Sequence record: GQ149088
Direction: 5' to 3' (one strand)
DNA length: 6,094 nt
Source of the DNA: Escherichia phage St-1
Positions 5,069 through 6,094 of the stretch are shown here, piece by piece (the first letter of the stretch is position 1; each line of letters begins with the position of its first letter). The position numbers were made by a program, and so were the translations under genes. Under the pieces are notes generated by a model. That model was not told where the DNA came from. It saw nothing but the letters and a program-made list of their open reading frames with translations, and did not search any database.

Positions 5069-5094
5069 CTAAGCCCAAAAAAGGAGCTTACAAT

Positions 5095-6093
5095 ATGCTT
5101 GGAAGTATCATTGGAGGTATTGGCTCATCGCTGCTCGGAGGACTTGCTTCCGGCGGTATCTCCAGTCTCCTTAATAAAATGTTTAGTAAAATGCCAGAAC
5201 ACGCCGCCTCTTCTGCTGGCCTTACTAATGGTCAAGGAACTATTGGTATGGATACTGACGCTGGCATTCAGTCTGCTATTCAGGGCTCTAATGTTCCTCC
5301 TGCTGGTCAATTGCCTGCCTCTAATACCTCTGGTGTTATGGCTGATGCTGGTAATATGATTCGTAATGCTGGCAGAGCTTTGCTTGACGGTACGATTCAG
5401 GCCGGTTCTGACAAGGTTAAAGAGGCTCTTATTGATAAGTTGGTTGGAGGTAATGATGCTAAAGACCGAGGAAAGGCAACCCGTGATTACTTGGCAGCGG
5501 CTTTCCCTGAGCTCAACCCATGGGAACGTGCTGGAGCTGATGCTTCCACTGCCGGGTTAGAGTCTTCCGCTCAGAATCAACAAAAAGAGATGCTTAAAAT
5601 GCAACTGGATAACCAGAAGGATATTGCCAAGATGCAGATGAATAACAATTTGCAGATTGCTGGCATTCAGTCCGCTACATCTCGCCAGAATACGAAGGAT
5701 TCTGTTTATGCCCAGAATGAGATGCTTCAGTATAATCAACGTGAGTCGCAGGCACGCGTTGCGTCCATCCTCGCCAACACTGACCTTACGACTAAGCAGG
5801 CCACCCATGAAATTATGAGGATGGCTCTTACCCGCGCTCAGGAGACTGGTCAGCATTTGACTAACTCTCAGATTATGGCTTTGGAGAAAAAGGTTTATGC
5901 AGAAATTGGCAAAATTCATCAAGATACTCAAAATTCTCGCTATGGTAGCTCTCAAGTTACTGCCGCAGCGAAAGACGTTACGAATATGATTACTGACGCC
6001 TCTTCAGGCTTTGCTGATTGGGCCTCTCAGCAGTGGAATTCATTCTTTAAGGATGGTAAGTCTGATGGTATTCCTCTCAATACCAGAAAATAA
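5095..6093 (+). CDS. H: Minor spike / DNA pilot protein H
   Basis: 332 aa with a Gly-rich N-terminus (GGIGSSLLGG) and long stretches matching phiX174 H by recall (AGI.SAIQGSNVP, TRDYLAAAFPELN.WERAGADAS, LDNQK.IA.MQ, IAGIQSATSRQNTKD.VYAQNEML, NSRYGSS). AGGAG lies 8 nt upstream. Stop TAA 6091-6093. Confidence 0.95.
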   Translation: MLGSIIGGIGSSLLGGLASGGISSLLNKMFSKMPEHAASSAGLTNGQGTIGMDTDAGIQSAIQGSNVPPAGQLPASNTSGVMADAGNMIRNAGRALLDGTIQAGSDKVKEALIDKLVGGNDAKDRGKATRDYLAAAFPELNPWERAGADASTAGLESSAQNQQKEMLKMQLDNQKDIAKMQMNNNLQIAGIQSATSRQNTKDSVYAQNEMLQYNQRESQARVASILANTDLTTKQATHEIMRMALTRAQETGQHLTNSQIMALEKKVYAEIGKIHQDTQNSRYGSSQVTAAAKDVTNMITDASSGFADWASQQWNSFFKDGKSDGIPLNTRK

Positions 6094-6094
6094 C

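Noticed and set aside
5099-5560. Two alternative-frame + strand ORFs inside gene H (5099-5359, 5366-5560)
   Set aside because: Out-of-frame shadows of H; hydrophobic low-complexity products and no ribosome-binding sites.
414-5955. All minus-strand ORFs in the track (414-647, 740-1159, 1181-1648, 2221-2433, 2484-2756, 3240-3440, 3879-4130, 4158-4529, 4671-5078, 5125-5310, 5557-5955)
   Set aside because: They lie antisense to well-supported + strand genes or to the coding-like spacer ORFs, have low-complexity Ser/Thr/Asn/Ile-rich translations expected from the complement of T-rich codons, and microviruses package and transcribe a single strand. No ribosome-binding sites were noted.
1-6094. CRISPR arrays, tRNA or rRNA genes, insertion sequences or integrases
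   Set aside because: No direct-repeat/spacer periodicity, no cloverleaf-compatible segments, no terminal inverted repeats and no transposase or integrase-like ORFs were seen. The genome is fully accounted for by microvirus genes plus the spacer block.

Overview
The window reads as a near-complete or complete circular genome of an alpha3/St-1-like microvirus (Microviridae, Bullavirinae; phiX174 relatives), opened just downstream of gene H. All eleven canonical genes sit on the + strand in the expected order A(A*)-B-K-C-D-E-J-F-G-H, with the usual overlaps: B inside A, K across the A/C junction, E inside D, and start/stop overlaps. Protein identities rest on my recall of the phiX174 protein sequences, not on a database search. 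The conserved 30-nt viral-strand origin lies inside gene A (1001-1030), and UUCG-tetraloop hairpins follow J and F. The part not explained by the classical gene set is the ~690-nt block between the end of H and the gene A promoter (1-694). It is densely packed with four short + strand ORFs that have ribosome-binding sites, start/stop overlaps and the same T-rich third-codon-position bias as the known genes, including an abrupt switch of the coding frame near 223-229. I consider this block the best candidate for an undescribed accessory module. The 136-nt G-H intergenic region holds a GC-rich hairpin next to a CTG and is a candidate primase-dependent complementary-strand origin. No tRNA, rRNA, CRISPR array or transposable element is evident, and all minus-strand ORFs in the track look like antisense shadows.
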